Shown here: piece by piece, positions 24,121 to 33,979 of the stretch | Layout: each line of letters starts with the position of its first letter | Numbering within the stretch: position 1 is the first letter of the stretch | Assembly (NCBI GenBank): GCA_963749655.1 | Contig: CAVVOB010000012.1 | Location: 64,001-128,000, forward strand | Source of the DNA: Nitrospirota bacterium | Lineage (GTDB): Bacteria; Nitrospirota; UBA9217 | Direction: 5' to 3' | DNA: 64,000 nucleotides | Translations under genes and position numbers: made by a program | Notes under the pieces: model-generated | Told to the model about the DNA's origin: nothing | Database searches by the model: none | The model's input: only the letters and a program-made list of their open reading frames with translations

Positions 24121-24954
24121 ATGGCGAAAGAACTGTTCAACAGCGGGAAACACAGGTGTATGGTCTTCGATGATCTCCTGAAGGAAGCGCACCTTCAGGG
24201 AGGAGACGTACAATCCAATCAGTTTCTCATCACCCACACCGGCCCCGATAACTACGAGGAAGGCCTCCTGTTCGACCCCGGCGGCAGCAAGCTGGTCACC
24301 ATCCTGCATCAGCAGTTGACGAAATACATTCCCACAAACCGGATCAGGAAACTCGTGCTCTCGCATCAGGACCCCGACATAGGGGCAGGCGCGGCCATGT
24401 GGCTCATGATGGCCGGAACGAACACGAAGATCTACGTCTCGAACCTGTGGGTCCGGTTCGTACCGCACTTCTCCCGCAGCGACATAAAGGACGACGTCTT
24501 TGTTCCCATCCCCGATGAGGGAATGACCATCGATCTGAACACCTGCAGCCTCCGCATGGTTCCGGCGCACTTTCTTCATTCGCCGGGCAATTTTCAGCTC
24601 TACGATCCGCTGGCCCGCATTCTTTTCTCCGGCGATCTCGGCACATCGCTCCTGTCCGGGGAACCCTTCAGCCCGGTGACGGATTTCGAGGGGCATATCA
24701 AGCACATGGAAGTTTTTCACCGAAGATACATGTCGGCGAACCGGGCCTGCAGGCTCTGGGCAGGGCTGGTTCGCAGTCTTGATATCGAGATGATAATCCC
24801 CCAGCACGGAACCAAGTATTTTGCCGGAAAAGCAATGGTGAATAAATTCATCGACTGGGTAGAGAGCCTTGCGTGCGGGGCCGATGTTCTTTCCGAGGAC
24901 CTCTATGCCGGGGCGAAAGCAGTAATCGTGTCGAATAAACGCTCGACAGCGTGA
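24121..24954 (+). CDS. MBL-fold di-iron protein, ODP-like (oxygen-binding di-iron protein)
   Basis: DPGG, SHQDPD, AHFLHSPGN, LFSGD, FHRRYM, PQHG. Confidence 0.8.
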   Translation: MAKELFNSGKHRCMVFDDLLKEAHLQGGDVQSNQFLITHTGPDNYEEGLLFDPGGSKLVTILHQQLTKYIPTNRIRKLVLSHQDPDIGAGAAMWLMMAGTNTKIYVSNLWVRFVPHFSRSDIKDDVFVPIPDEGMTIDLNTCSLRMVPAHFLHSPGNFQLYDPLARILFSGDLGTSLLSGEPFSPVTDFEGHIKHMEVFHRRYMSANRACRLWAGLVRSLDIEMIIPQHGTKYFAGKAMVNKFIDWVESLACGADVLSEDLYAGAKAVIVSNKRSTA

Positions 24955-25183
24955 ATCTCTGAGTGAGCGTACGGCGAGGGTCATATTTCGACAGGGCGAG
25001 AGCTTTTAGCGCGGAGATTTTTGCCGTACTTCTTCTCGTGCTGCGGGTTTGACACACCAGGCGGTAAAAAAATGACACACTGGTGCTCGCGTTTTTGTTC
25101 CCTGTTATTCGCATCCTATTGATATTACGTACATCTGCCAGATCTCTGTTCGCAGCCCCTGCTTTCTCCACCCTTGTCAGGCA

Positions 25184-25199
25184 AGGCACAAATGTTGCT
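25184..25199 (+). promoter_or_regulatory. Putative sigma54 -24/-12 promoter
   Basis: aGGCACaaatgTTGCt, GG-N10-GC spacing, upstream of 25465. Confidence 0.5.
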
Positions 25200-25464
25200 A
25201 TTTACTTATGCAGGCATAATTTTTTTTTATGCGGGACCGAATCTGCCCCTTTTCTGTATTATAATAAAATTTAAGGTGAGCGGACGAGGATGAGTCCGGC
25301 GTGCAGGCGTCCGCAGCAGCCGACGGGCGGCAGTGATTGAAAATGAAGCGGAAAGGGACAGGGGTGGCACGAGAGCTGTCATTCGCCCAAGGGGGGGCCG
25401 GGACACAGCAGCGAACTGTCGTTTATTTTTTTTACCATCCTGAAGAAAGGGTAGGTGATGAGTT

Positions 25465-25911
25465 ATGAAGAGGGAACTCGCCGACCAATTCAACCGGGAA
25501 GTGGAAAATTACCGGAGGGCCCTCCTGTATCATGCACAGACGCGCGACTGGAAAACATTCCAGGCAAAGGCAGGAAGGATGTTCGATTACGTGGAGTCGA
25601 TTGAGTTCAAGGAACTGGAACGGAGGTTTTTCAGGATTTTCAATCTCGTCCTGGGCGCCCTTGTCGTTGTCGTTATCGCCGTTTTCAACGTGGATTTCGA
25701 GATGCACGGGGACCTGCTGCCTCTGAAGAACAATGTCCTGTTTTCCGCGTTCGCCGTCAGCAGTTTTGAGCTCTATTTTTACATCGGCTACCGGCGGTAT
25801 GTCGGAGCAAGGACCGCCGAATACACGAAGCGGCGCGAGAAGTTCATTCGCGTTATCGAGCGCGATTTCCGGTCCTATACCACCCAACCGGAGGAGCGTC
25901 TGGCGGCATGA
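25465..25911 (+). CDS. Hypothetical membrane protein (two TM helices)
   Basis: RBS-like AGGTGA; two hydrophobic segments; ORF fills the intergenic space. Confidence 0.65.
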   Translation: MKRELADQFNREVENYRRALLYHAQTRDWKTFQAKAGRMFDYVESIEFKELERRFFRIFNLVLGALVVVVIAVFNVDFEMHGDLLPLKNNVLFSAFAVSSFELYFYIGYRRYVGARTAEYTKRREKFIRVIERDFRSYTTQPEERLAA

Positions 25912-26224
25912 GGAAATTTTCTCCTCACCCCGCGCGCTTCTCCGGGAAAAGACGCAAAACAGCAGGAGCGTCTATGAGTTTTGCTGCAGCCATGTCGCTG
26001 CACATCAGTATTCAGTTTGTCGAGAGAAGCGAGTCCCGATAAAGCCAAACCTTTTGCGAAAAGGGGACGGAATGTTACGAGTCCTTCGGTACGGGAAGAC
26101 GGCCGGGCTGCCGAAGGATGTGAAGGCGCAGACCCGGCTTTTTGTTTGCCGGCATTGCGGGAAAGGACCGGCTGTATGCGGATCATTATGAAAGAGGATC
26201 GTCATGCCGGGAGGTGCACGGCAA

Positions 26225-26617
26225 ATGGATCGAAAGACGCCGGTTTTGATATACGATGCACAATGCCCCGTCTGCTCGGGCACGATCAAATGGATCGAGA
26301 AGAATGAAATTCCGGGCTCCTTTGAGATGGTTCCCTGCCAGTCCGAAAGCATGTCCGCGAGGTTCCCCGGAGTCCCTATGGACAATTGCATGAAAGCCCT
26401 GCACCTGGTCCTGCCCGGCGGCAACGTGCTTGTCGGCGAGGAAGCGCTGCCGGAGATTCTTGCCCGGACCGGACGTTTTCGCATGGCTGCGCTGCTGTTC
26501 AGGCTGCCCGGCGCTGCTTTGATCTCACGTATCCTGTACCGCTGGTTTGCCGATCGCAGGTACCGGATTGCGGGAATCCTGTCCCATGCGATGGGAAACA
26601 GGAAAAAACCGGGATAG
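26225..26617 (+). CDS. DCC1-like thiol-disulfide oxidoreductase (DUF393)
   Basis: LIYDAQCPVC motif, YRWFADRRY, RBS GGAGGT. Confidence 0.85.
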   Translation: MDRKTPVLIYDAQCPVCSGTIKWIEKNEIPGSFEMVPCQSESMSARFPGVPMDNCMKALHLVLPGGNVLVGEEALPEILARTGRFRMAALLFRLPGAALISRILYRWFADRRYRIAGILSHAMGNRKKPG

Positions 26618-26898
26618 AGCCGTGCGCGGAACTCTGGTGCGCTTTTTTTGTGCGAAGTGAAAGAACCTGCAACCGCAGTACCCCTCAGGGTGCGTGAACC
26701 CGCAGACCGACGATCCGATGCGTCCCCCGCCCCTTCAGCCAATTTCGCAAAATATCATTTTTTACTTTATCTTAGCTCTCATTTCATATATACTTTTTCA
26801 GTATCTTTGCGGGCAGCGATCCGCTGAGCCACCCGCCGCAGGCGGTCGGGCATTGGGGAAATCAACGGGAAGGCCCCGGGGGGGGGGAGTTTCTGATC

Positions 26899-27336
26899 AT
26901 GAAAATTTCCGAAATCATCAAACATGCAATCGAAAAGAAAGGGTATCGGAATCTCAAGGACGCGTCCAAGGCGGTCGGCATAAGCCCGGAGCTTCTGCGG
27001 GTGATCATGATAAAAGGACATGTTCCGAAAGACAAAACCCTCATCATGATCGCGAACAAACTGGGTCTGGACAAGTCTACGCTGATCCTGTCCGCTCACC
27101 AGGAAAAAGTTCCCCTCGAGGTGAAAGGGTTTTTCCTGGCGCCTGCTGAACCACGGTACCGGCAGGGAAAGCGGGTCTTCCCCCTGTCGACGGAGCAGTG
27201 CGACTACCTTGCCAAGGTCATGATGCCCGACGAGATTCAGGTGATCCGCAAATACCGGCAGGTTACCGACGAAGGCAGGACCCAGATCGCCGGCTATATC
27301 GATTACATGTTCGCGACAAAGCGGCAGCGAAACTGA
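26899..27336 (+). CDS. XRE-like helix-turn-helix protein
   Basis: LKDASKAVGISPELL..P.DKTL..IANKLGL HTH pattern. Confidence 0.65.
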   Translation: MKISEIIKHAIEKKGYRNLKDASKAVGISPELLRVIMIKGHVPKDKTLIMIANKLGLDKSTLILSAHQEKVPLEVKGFFLAPAEPRYRQGKRVFPLSTEQCDYLAKVMMPDEIQVIRKYRQVTDEGRTQIAGYIDYMFATKRQRN

Positions 27337-27407
27337 CAGGGCCGGTCCGCGCAAAAAGAGCGCGGCGTCACTCCGTCATGCCGCATGCCAGATTCAGTGA
27401 GGTCTGA

Positions 27408-28277
27408 TTGAAACGCTCCCTCTTTATCATCGTCACGCTGTCCCTCGTATTTCTGCGGTCGCCGGTTGCGGAGGCGGTGCCCCAGAAGGCGATCGCTGCC
27501 AAGGCAGCGGTGGTCATGGATTACTCCGGCGCGGTCCTCTATTCGAAGTTCGGGGACTCGAAACTCGCTCCCGCGAGCACCGTCAAGCTGGTCACCGCCA
27601 TGGTGGTCATCGACAGCATCAGTCCCGACCAAAAGGTGACGATCAGCAGGAACGCGGGCAGAATACGTTCCATTCAGCCGCGGATCCATTCCGACGAGGA
27701 ACTGACCGTTTCCGATCTCCTTCACCTTGCCCTGATGAAGTCCGTGAACTCCGCGGCTGTGGCTCTTGCCGAGGCAACGGCGGGCACGGAGCAGGATTTC
27801 GTCGTGCTGATGAACAATAAGGCGGCGGCAATCGGCGCGCACAACACACTCTTTGCAAATGCGTCGGGGCTCCCGCGAAGCGGTGTGCAGTATACAACGG
27901 CCGCCGATCTCGCTCTGATCCTCAGGACCGCGCTCACCTACCCTCTCATCAGGGAAATCCTCGGCAAAAAAGCGTGCATTATCAGGACCGGCGCGGGACG
28001 GGAGATCGTTCTCGAGAATTCGAACGGACTGCTCTGGGAGAACGACAACGTGATCGGCGGAAAGACCGGCTACACGGGTGATGCCCGGCACTGTTTCGTC
28101 TGTGCCATCAGCACGGACAAGGGCCCCTTGTTCACGGCAGTGCTCGGCGCCCGGTCGCGAAGCAGCCTCTGGAAAAGCACGCTCACGCTGACGGAAATCG
28201 GCATGCACCCCGATGAGATAAAACTGAAGGAAAAGACGCGCCTGCGGCGTCCGGCCCGGAACGAGGAACAGCACTAG
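27408..28277 (+). CDS. D-alanyl-D-alanine carboxypeptidase (peptidase S11)
   Basis: Signal peptide, PASTVK (SxxK), SVN (SxN), GKTGYT (KTG). Confidence 0.92.
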   Translation: MKRSLFIIVTLSLVFLRSPVAEAVPQKAIAAKAAVVMDYSGAVLYSKFGDSKLAPASTVKLVTAMVVIDSISPDQKVTISRNAGRIRSIQPRIHSDEELTVSDLLHLALMKSVNSAAVALAEATAGTEQDFVVLMNNKAAAIGAHNTLFANASGLPRSGVQYTTAADLALILRTALTYPLIREILGKKACIIRTGAGREIVLENSNGLLWENDNVIGGKTGYTGDARHCFVCAISTDKGPLFTAVLGARSRSSLWKSTLTLTEIGMHPDEIKLKEKTRLRRPARNEEQH

Positions 28278-28355
28278 CGCCCGGCGCCCCTTTACCTGTC
28301 TCACGAATGCGGGGAACAAAGACATCACGATTTGCGGAATGCCGGCCGAGAGGGA

Positions 28356-29147
28356 ATGACCCCGAGTATGGATACGGAGTATCTTTCCTGCAAGACGCCG
28401 ACCTGCCGAAGCACTGCTAACAACATTTCTGCGTCCGTTGCGCTTGCCTTGATCGAATACCACTCGCAGTATCGTCCCGGATACGCGTTGACCTCGGGAT
28501 GTGAACGGTGCAACCGGACCAGTTCCTACACCTGCGACGAGGTCCTCGCTCTCATCCCTCCGAGCCGGCGTCCCGCGTCCCTGCAGCACGACCATTTCTG
28601 GTCCTTTATCGTGATCGAATTTCAGACAGAAAAGAGCGGAGAATTTCGGACCTTCCTGGGCGACCGGCTGCTCGTGCAGCGGCTGTATACCGAGGCGGAT
28701 ACCGGCTGGTACGGCATTGTCAGGTCCCTGTCGCCGTACGCTTCAACCCTGACCATCGGCAGTTATGTCAGGGGCCGCCCCTGGGGCCGGTACGAGCACT
28801 GCGTGTCCGTTGTCGAGGAAGGAATTCCCAAGCCCCTGCCGCGGCCCGCAAAGATCACGCGCACCAGCAGTTATGCGATCTTCCTCTCCCCGGCAGCGAG
28901 CGCGCGCGACCTGCTGTGCGCCAATATCGCCTGCAGCAACCCTTCTTGCGGGTTCCTGTACAGCACCATCACTTTTGAAAAATTCAAAAAGGTTGCCGAA
29001 CCGGCGCCGGTGATCAAACCCTACTACAGCACCGGCGACGTACCGGTCATGACGCTCCATTGCGAGTTTTGTGGAGCCGCGCGCGTGGTCGATGAAAGGT
29101 CCTTTGAGGGGCTGTTTCGGGGAAACCTTTCGGAATTCAAGCAGTGA
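28356..29147 (+). CDS. Hypothetical protein with two putative Zn-binding Cys modules
   Basis: CKTPTC..CERC at the N-terminus and CSNPSC..CEFC at the C-terminus. Confidence 0.6.
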   Translation: MTPSMDTEYLSCKTPTCRSTANNISASVALALIEYHSQYRPGYALTSGCERCNRTSSYTCDEVLALIPPSRRPASLQHDHFWSFIVIEFQTEKSGEFRTFLGDRLLVQRLYTEADTGWYGIVRSLSPYASTLTIGSYVRGRPWGRYEHCVSVVEEGIPKPLPRPAKITRTSSYAIFLSPAASARDLLCANIACSNPSCGFLYSTITFEKFKKVAEPAPVIKPYYSTGDVPVMTLHCEFCGAARVVDERSFEGLFRGNLSEFKQ

Positions 29148-29159
29148 TATGAGGAGTTC

Positions 29160-29525
29160 ATGAAGACCAAGAAGAACATCATTATCGTCGGCGACCGGGT
29201 GCTCATCGATCCCGATGAGCAGATGAACAGGACCCCGTCGGGGCTCTACCTCCCTCCCACGGTCAAAGAAAAGGAAAAGATCCTCGGGGGCCACGTGGTC
29301 AAGGTCGGTCCGGGGTACGCCATCCCCGATACGACTCCGGACGAGTCCTGGCAATCAGGGAAAAAAGAAGTGCGGTACGTGCCGCTCCAGGCTTCCGAGG
29401 GGGATTACGCTGTTTTTTTGAAGGACACGGCAATGGAGATCGAGTTTGAAGAGAAAAAGTACCTCATCGTGCCCCATTCGGCGATCCTGGCGCTGGTGAG
29501 GACGGAAATAGCCGAGGACAATTGA
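29160..29525 (+). CDS. Stand-alone GroES-family co-chaperone
   Basis: GDRVLI, TPSGLYLP, VVKVGPG, YLIVPHSAILA. Confidence 0.88.
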   Translation: MKTKKNIIIVGDRVLIDPDEQMNRTPSGLYLPPTVKEKEKILGGHVVKVGPGYAIPDTTPDESWQSGKKEVRYVPLQASEGDYAVFLKDTAMEIEFEEKKYLIVPHSAILALVRTEIAEDN

Positions 29526-29607
29526 CCACGGTGGCTCGATTTTGGCGGGCCGCTCATTCCCGCCGCGGGCCGGGGATAATCCGCAGAAATCACACCGGAG
29601 GTGTGCA

Positions 29608-30066
29608 ATGAATGCGAACAGTGCGGGCAGGATCACACCGGGACTCCTCATAATCATCGTCATCGTTCTTTTTGCGGCGATTCAACTGGTTCCCTACGGA
29701 AGGGACCACGTTAATCCGCGCGTGGTGCGGGAACCGCTGTGGGACAGCCCTGCTACCCGCGAGACCTTTTTCCGCGTGTGCAAGAACTGCCACAGCAACG
29801 AGACCCTGTGGCCGAGGTACGGCAACATCGCGCCCCTTTCGTGGGTGGTGCAGAGCGATGTCGACGAGGGGCGTTCGGAGTTCAACGTCTCGGAATGGCA
29901 GCGGCCCAAGAACAAGGGAAACAAGGCAGCCAAAGAAGTGCGTGAGAACGACATGCCCCCGTGGTATTACCGTCCGCTCCATCCCGAGTCCCGTTTGACC
30001 GACGGGGAGCGCGCGGCCTTTGTCCAGGGCCTGGTTCGCACCTTCGGCGAGGAAGCGAAAAAGTAG
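29608..30066 (+). CDS. Haem-binding (monoheme c) domain protein
   Basis: N-terminal TM, CKNCHSNET.WP.Y, GRSEFNVSEW, MPPWYY. Confidence 0.85.
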   Translation: MNANSAGRITPGLLIIIVIVLFAAIQLVPYGRDHVNPRVVREPLWDSPATRETFFRVCKNCHSNETLWPRYGNIAPLSWVVQSDVDEGRSEFNVSEWQRPKNKGNKAAKEVRENDMPPWYYRPLHPESRLTDGERAAFVQGLVRTFGEEAKK

Positions 30067-30213
30067 TTTGTAGTTTGTAGTTTTTAGTTTTGAGTTTTTA
30101 GTTATGAGTGTCGAATCAGAATAAAAATGCACGATCTGGAAACGAGAGGGATCCCGGCAATTCCGCTACTGACCGCACGGATCGTATGCTGAGACGCGTC
30201 TTTCACGGGAGCA

Positions 30214-31509
30214 TTGATGAAAATTGATCTTATCCAGCCGCTGCATGCCCACTACGGCGCACTCGGCAAGCGCGAGAGCCTGATCTTCAAACCGGCCCAG
30301 CTGACCATGCCCTATCTCGCGGCCCTGGTGCCTGACGACGTGCAGGTGACGGTCCTCGATGAAATGATCGCGCCGGTGGTGCCCGAGGACAGCGACGCCG
30401 ACCTCGTCGGGATCACCTTTGTCACGCCCTTCTCCCACCGGGCCTACGAACTCGCAGCCCGGTACCGGAAGCAGGGGAAGACCGTCGTGTTCGGCGGACC
30501 CCACGCCTCTCTCGTCCCCGAGGAAGCAAAGCTCCATGCCGACGCCGTCGTGGTGGGCGAGGCCGAGGACACATGGCCTCGGGTCATCGAGGACTTCAGG
30601 TCCAGGCGGCTGCAGAGCATCTACCGCTCGGGTACGTCAGATCTTTCCGCCCTTCCTTTTGCCCGGCGGAGCCTGCTGAAGCGCGCAAGTTACGTCGTTC
30701 ACGACGTAATCCAGGCGTCGCGGGGCTGCCCGTTCAGCTGCGATTTCTGCGCCCTCGGCTCCATCTACGGCCCCGGGCACCGGACGCGGCCCATCGACGA
30801 AGTCATCCGGGAGATCGAGACCTTCGACGGCGATACCTTCGTCTTCTGGGACGACAATATCGTGGGTTCGCCCGCCTATGCAAAAGCGCTCTTCCGGCGC
30901 CTGATCCCCTACAAGAAGAAGTGGCTCGGCCAGGGGTCGATCACGATCACCCGGGACCGGGAGCTTCTTCGACTTGCGGCGGAGAGCGGCTGCATCGGGC
31001 TCTTTGTGGGCATCGAGTCCGTGTCGCAGGGGAGCCTGGATTCGGTCAACAAGGGGTTCAACCGCGTCGAAACCCTGCGCGAGGAGATCGGCAAAATGCA
31101 CGATGCGGGCATTGCCGTGCTGGCAGGCATGATCTTCGGGTTCGACGACGACGACGCGGGAGTGTTCGACCGGACCATCGAGGTGGCCGAACGGGCGGCA
31201 ATCGACGGGATCAGTTTCAGCATTCTGACGCCCTATCCCGGAACGCGGCTTTTCGACCGGCTTTCGGCCGAAGGACGGTTGCTGCACCGCAACTGGTCCC
31301 TTTACAATTCCGAGCATGTCGTCTTTGTTCCCAAGCGCATGTCGCCGGAGCTGCTGGAAGAGGGCCACAACCGCGCGAACCGGGAATTCTACTCAATTTC
31401 TTCCATGGTGAAGCGCCTGCTCAGATCGCGGACGCAGCTGGGGCTCACCATAAAGCTGAACCTGGCGGACCGTAAGTATTCCTACGGGAGATTCAAGCCT
31501 GCGTCCTGA
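30214..31509 (+). CDS. B12-binding-domain radical SAM protein
   Basis: GGPHAS, VGEAE, SRGCPFSCDFC, GIES, TPYPGT. Confidence 0.92.
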   Translation: MMKIDLIQPLHAHYGALGKRESLIFKPAQLTMPYLAALVPDDVQVTVLDEMIAPVVPEDSDADLVGITFVTPFSHRAYELAARYRKQGKTVVFGGPHASLVPEEAKLHADAVVVGEAEDTWPRVIEDFRSRRLQSIYRSGTSDLSALPFARRSLLKRASYVVHDVIQASRGCPFSCDFCALGSIYGPGHRTRPIDEVIREIETFDGDTFVFWDDNIVGSPAYAKALFRRLIPYKKKWLGQGSITITRDRELLRLAAESGCIGLFVGIESVSQGSLDSVNKGFNRVETLREEIGKMHDAGIAVLAGMIFGFDDDDAGVFDRTIEVAERAAIDGISFSILTPYPGTRLFDRLSAEGRLLHRNWSLYNSEHVVFVPKRMSPELLEEGHNRANREFYSISSMVKRLLRSRTQLGLTIKLNLADRKYSYGRFKPAS

Positions 31510-31524
31510 CGCAGGGGAGCGCGT

Positions 31525-33801
31525 ATGCCCGAGACACGACATATCGCACGGAACATCCTGATCATGGTGAACGCCGTGATCGCGAGCGGCGCTTTTTTCC
31601 TGAAAATTCTCGACCCCATCGTGGTGAGATACACCGAGGAGATCCGCGCCGCCGATCTGTTCAACTTCCTCGTGTTCACGCCGATCATCATGGTCGTTCT
31701 GACCTTCCTGCTGCACCGCGCCATGCGGCCGATCGTGCGCCTCACCTCCCTTGGCGGGGAACTGAGCCCGGCACAGGCGCAGGAGCTCAGGACCGCGGCC
31801 TTCAACCTGCCGGTGAAGATTCTCTTCCTCTTCAACCTGATCATCCTCTCGGGCGTGGCCTTTGTCGCCCTGGGCTTCGATGCCGTGTTATATCCGTTCT
31901 ACCCGCTCTACAAGCGTGTCATCTCCATGGGGCTCATCTGGACTTACACCGTCTGCTCCTCCCTTGCCGTGTACGTATATGTCAAACGCCGCATGGTCCC
32001 CATCCTTCGGGCCACCTCGGGCCGGGCCGCCGACATCGGCCGCCGGGCGTCCATCAAGACGGGCATGGTCGCCACCACGATAACGCTCGCCGCCATGGTC
32101 CTGCTTTTCCTTTCGGCCTACGGATATTCGAAGACCCGGGAAGCGCTGATCCATGACAAGGATGCCGCGGCAGAGGCCTTGCTCAATGCGGCCAGGCGAA
32201 AGGCCGCGACGTTCAGGGACCTTTCCTCTTTGAAAAAGAACATGGCCCCGAAGTGGGCGCACGACGGCGTGTACCTGGTCGACGCCAGCGGCGATCCCAT
32301 CCCCGGCCTGCACGATGCGGCCGCGCGACCGGCGATGACCTTTGAAAAGAGCGACTCCACCATGATGAAACTGCTTCCTCTGGCTGCGCCCTTCAAGAAC
32401 CTTTCCCTGGTGACTTACTACCGGATCGAACCGCAGGAGCAGGCCGTCATGCGCAGTACGACCGTCTTTTTTTCCGTGGCGGGCCTTTTCTTCCTGATTT
32501 TCTCCGGCATCATCAGTTATTCGGTGGCCAGCGAGGCCTCGTCCTCGGTAAGCGACATCGCCGACAGGATGAGGCGGATATCGGAAAACAAAGAGACCCT
32601 CTACAGCGAGTTCGAGGTCGTGTCCCTCGACGAGGTCGGCGACCTCACCCGGTCCTTCAACAGCCTGCAGCGCGCCATTCATCGTCAGGCCCTGCACATC
32701 AAGGACCTGGAGGAGAAAAGGCACCATTTCGAGAAGGGGCAGCTGCGCCTGGCGGTGGACAAGGCAACGGCATCGCTCCAGGAGAGCGAGATGAAGTTCC
32801 GGACCCTGGCGGAAACGACCACGGCAGGCATCTTCATCCACCGCGACGGGAAGATGATCTACGCGAATCCCGCCGGCGAGATCCTTTCCGGCTATACGTT
32901 CAATGAGTTTCTGTGCATGGATTTCCGCGACCTGTTTCATCCCGACGACCGCGGCCTGGCGCGGCAGCTGGGCCGGGTGACGTTGACCGGCAAGCGGCTG
33001 CCCGCGGGGCGCGAGTGCAGGATCATCACCAAGGGGGGCACGACGCGATGGGTCAACATCGCGGCCGGCGTCATGGATTACGAGGGGAGGTCTGCGGTGA
33101 TCGCCACGATCTTCGACATTACGGACCGCAAGCGCGCGGAGGAGGAAAAAGTAGAGCTCTACGAGGAGCGGATCGCCGAGGAAAAGAGACACGTCATGGA
33201 AAAGGAGAACATTCTTATGGACCTGCATGACGGCATCGGCGGCATAACGACCAACATCAGCATCCTCTCCGAACTGGCCCAGAACGCGCCGGACCTGAAC
33301 AGCACGAAAGAGACGCTCTCGACGATCTCGCGCTTGTCCCGGGAAGGCCTGGCCGAGATCCGCAGCTTCATGCAGAGCCTCGACACGAAGGAACTCCATT
33401 GGCGCACCCTGGCCGCGGAGCTCAGGAACCAGGGCGCAAAAATGATGGAGCCCCACGGCATAGCCTTTTCCGTCGATCTTGCCCTGGACGATCTGCAGGA
33501 CCAGCCCAAGAGCCTTCTCTGGATCAACCTGCTCAAGATTTACCGGGAAGCGCTGACGAACATCATAAAGCATTCGAAAGCGACATCGGTCGTCGTTACG
33601 CTCCTGCTGAAGGCGGACGTGCTTCGGCTCACGGTCCAGGACGACGGGATCGGCTGCGCACAGGGCAATTGCAGCGGCAGAGGGTTGTCCAATATGAAGA
33701 AGCGGGCCGACGAGATTTGCGGCACGGTAACGGTCTCCGCGGAAAAGGGCACCCGGGTGCACCTGGAGATTCCCCTCCCCGTGATGTTCCCTCCCGCTTA
33801 G
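31525..33801 (+). CDS. Membrane-bound HAMP-PAS sensor histidine kinase (HisKA_3/NarX type)
   Basis: Multiple TMs, DEVGDL..SFN (HAMP), PAS HPDDR/DITDRKR, DLHDGIG, EALTNIIKHS, DDGIG, GRGL. Confidence 0.9.
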   Translation: MPETRHIARNILIMVNAVIASGAFFLKILDPIVVRYTEEIRAADLFNFLVFTPIIMVVLTFLLHRAMRPIVRLTSLGGELSPAQAQELRTAAFNLPVKILFLFNLIILSGVAFVALGFDAVLYPFYPLYKRVISMGLIWTYTVCSSLAVYVYVKRRMVPILRATSGRAADIGRRASIKTGMVATTITLAAMVLLFLSAYGYSKTREALIHDKDAAAEALLNAARRKAATFRDLSSLKKNMAPKWAHDGVYLVDASGDPIPGLHDAAARPAMTFEKSDSTMMKLLPLAAPFKNLSLVTYYRIEPQEQAVMRSTTVFFSVAGLFFLIFSGIISYSVASEASSSVSDIADRMRRISENKETLYSEFEVVSLDEVGDLTRSFNSLQRAIHRQALHIKDLEEKRHHFEKGQLRLAVDKATASLQESEMKFRTLAETTTAGIFIHRDGKMIYANPAGEILSGYTFNEFLCMDFRDLFHPDDRGLARQLGRVTLTGKRLPAGRECRIITKGGTTRWVNIAAGVMDYEGRSAVIATIFDITDRKRAEEEKVELYEERIAEEKRHVMEKENILMDLHDGIGGITTNISILSELAQNAPDLNSTKETLSTISRLSREGLAEIRSFMQSLDTKELHWRTLAAELRNQGAKMMEPHGIAFSVDLALDDLQDQPKSLLWINLLKIYREALTNIIKHSKATSVVVTLLLKADVLRLTVQDDGIGCAQGNCSGRGLSNMKKRADEICGTVTVSAEKGTRVHLEIPLPVMFPPA

Positions 33802-33979
33802 GGGAACGTAAAGAGGGTTCCCGTATACGGTCTCCATCCCGCCCTTCTCCGCTCCGTAGGCCCGATTGACATCGGAGTTTCCTGCGCTACAATCAGAGTA
33901 GCAGTCTGCCCGTTTCCCCGCGGTGCGTCTGAATGCATAAAACTGCCGTTCCATCGATCTGCAGGAGGAGGATAGTGTT

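Noticed and set aside
25364-25382. Second sigma54 site (TGGCACGagagCTGTC)
   Set aside because: Lacks the -12 GC.
29160-29525. GroES without GroEL as a novelty
   Set aside because: Stand-alone GroES-family paralogs are common.
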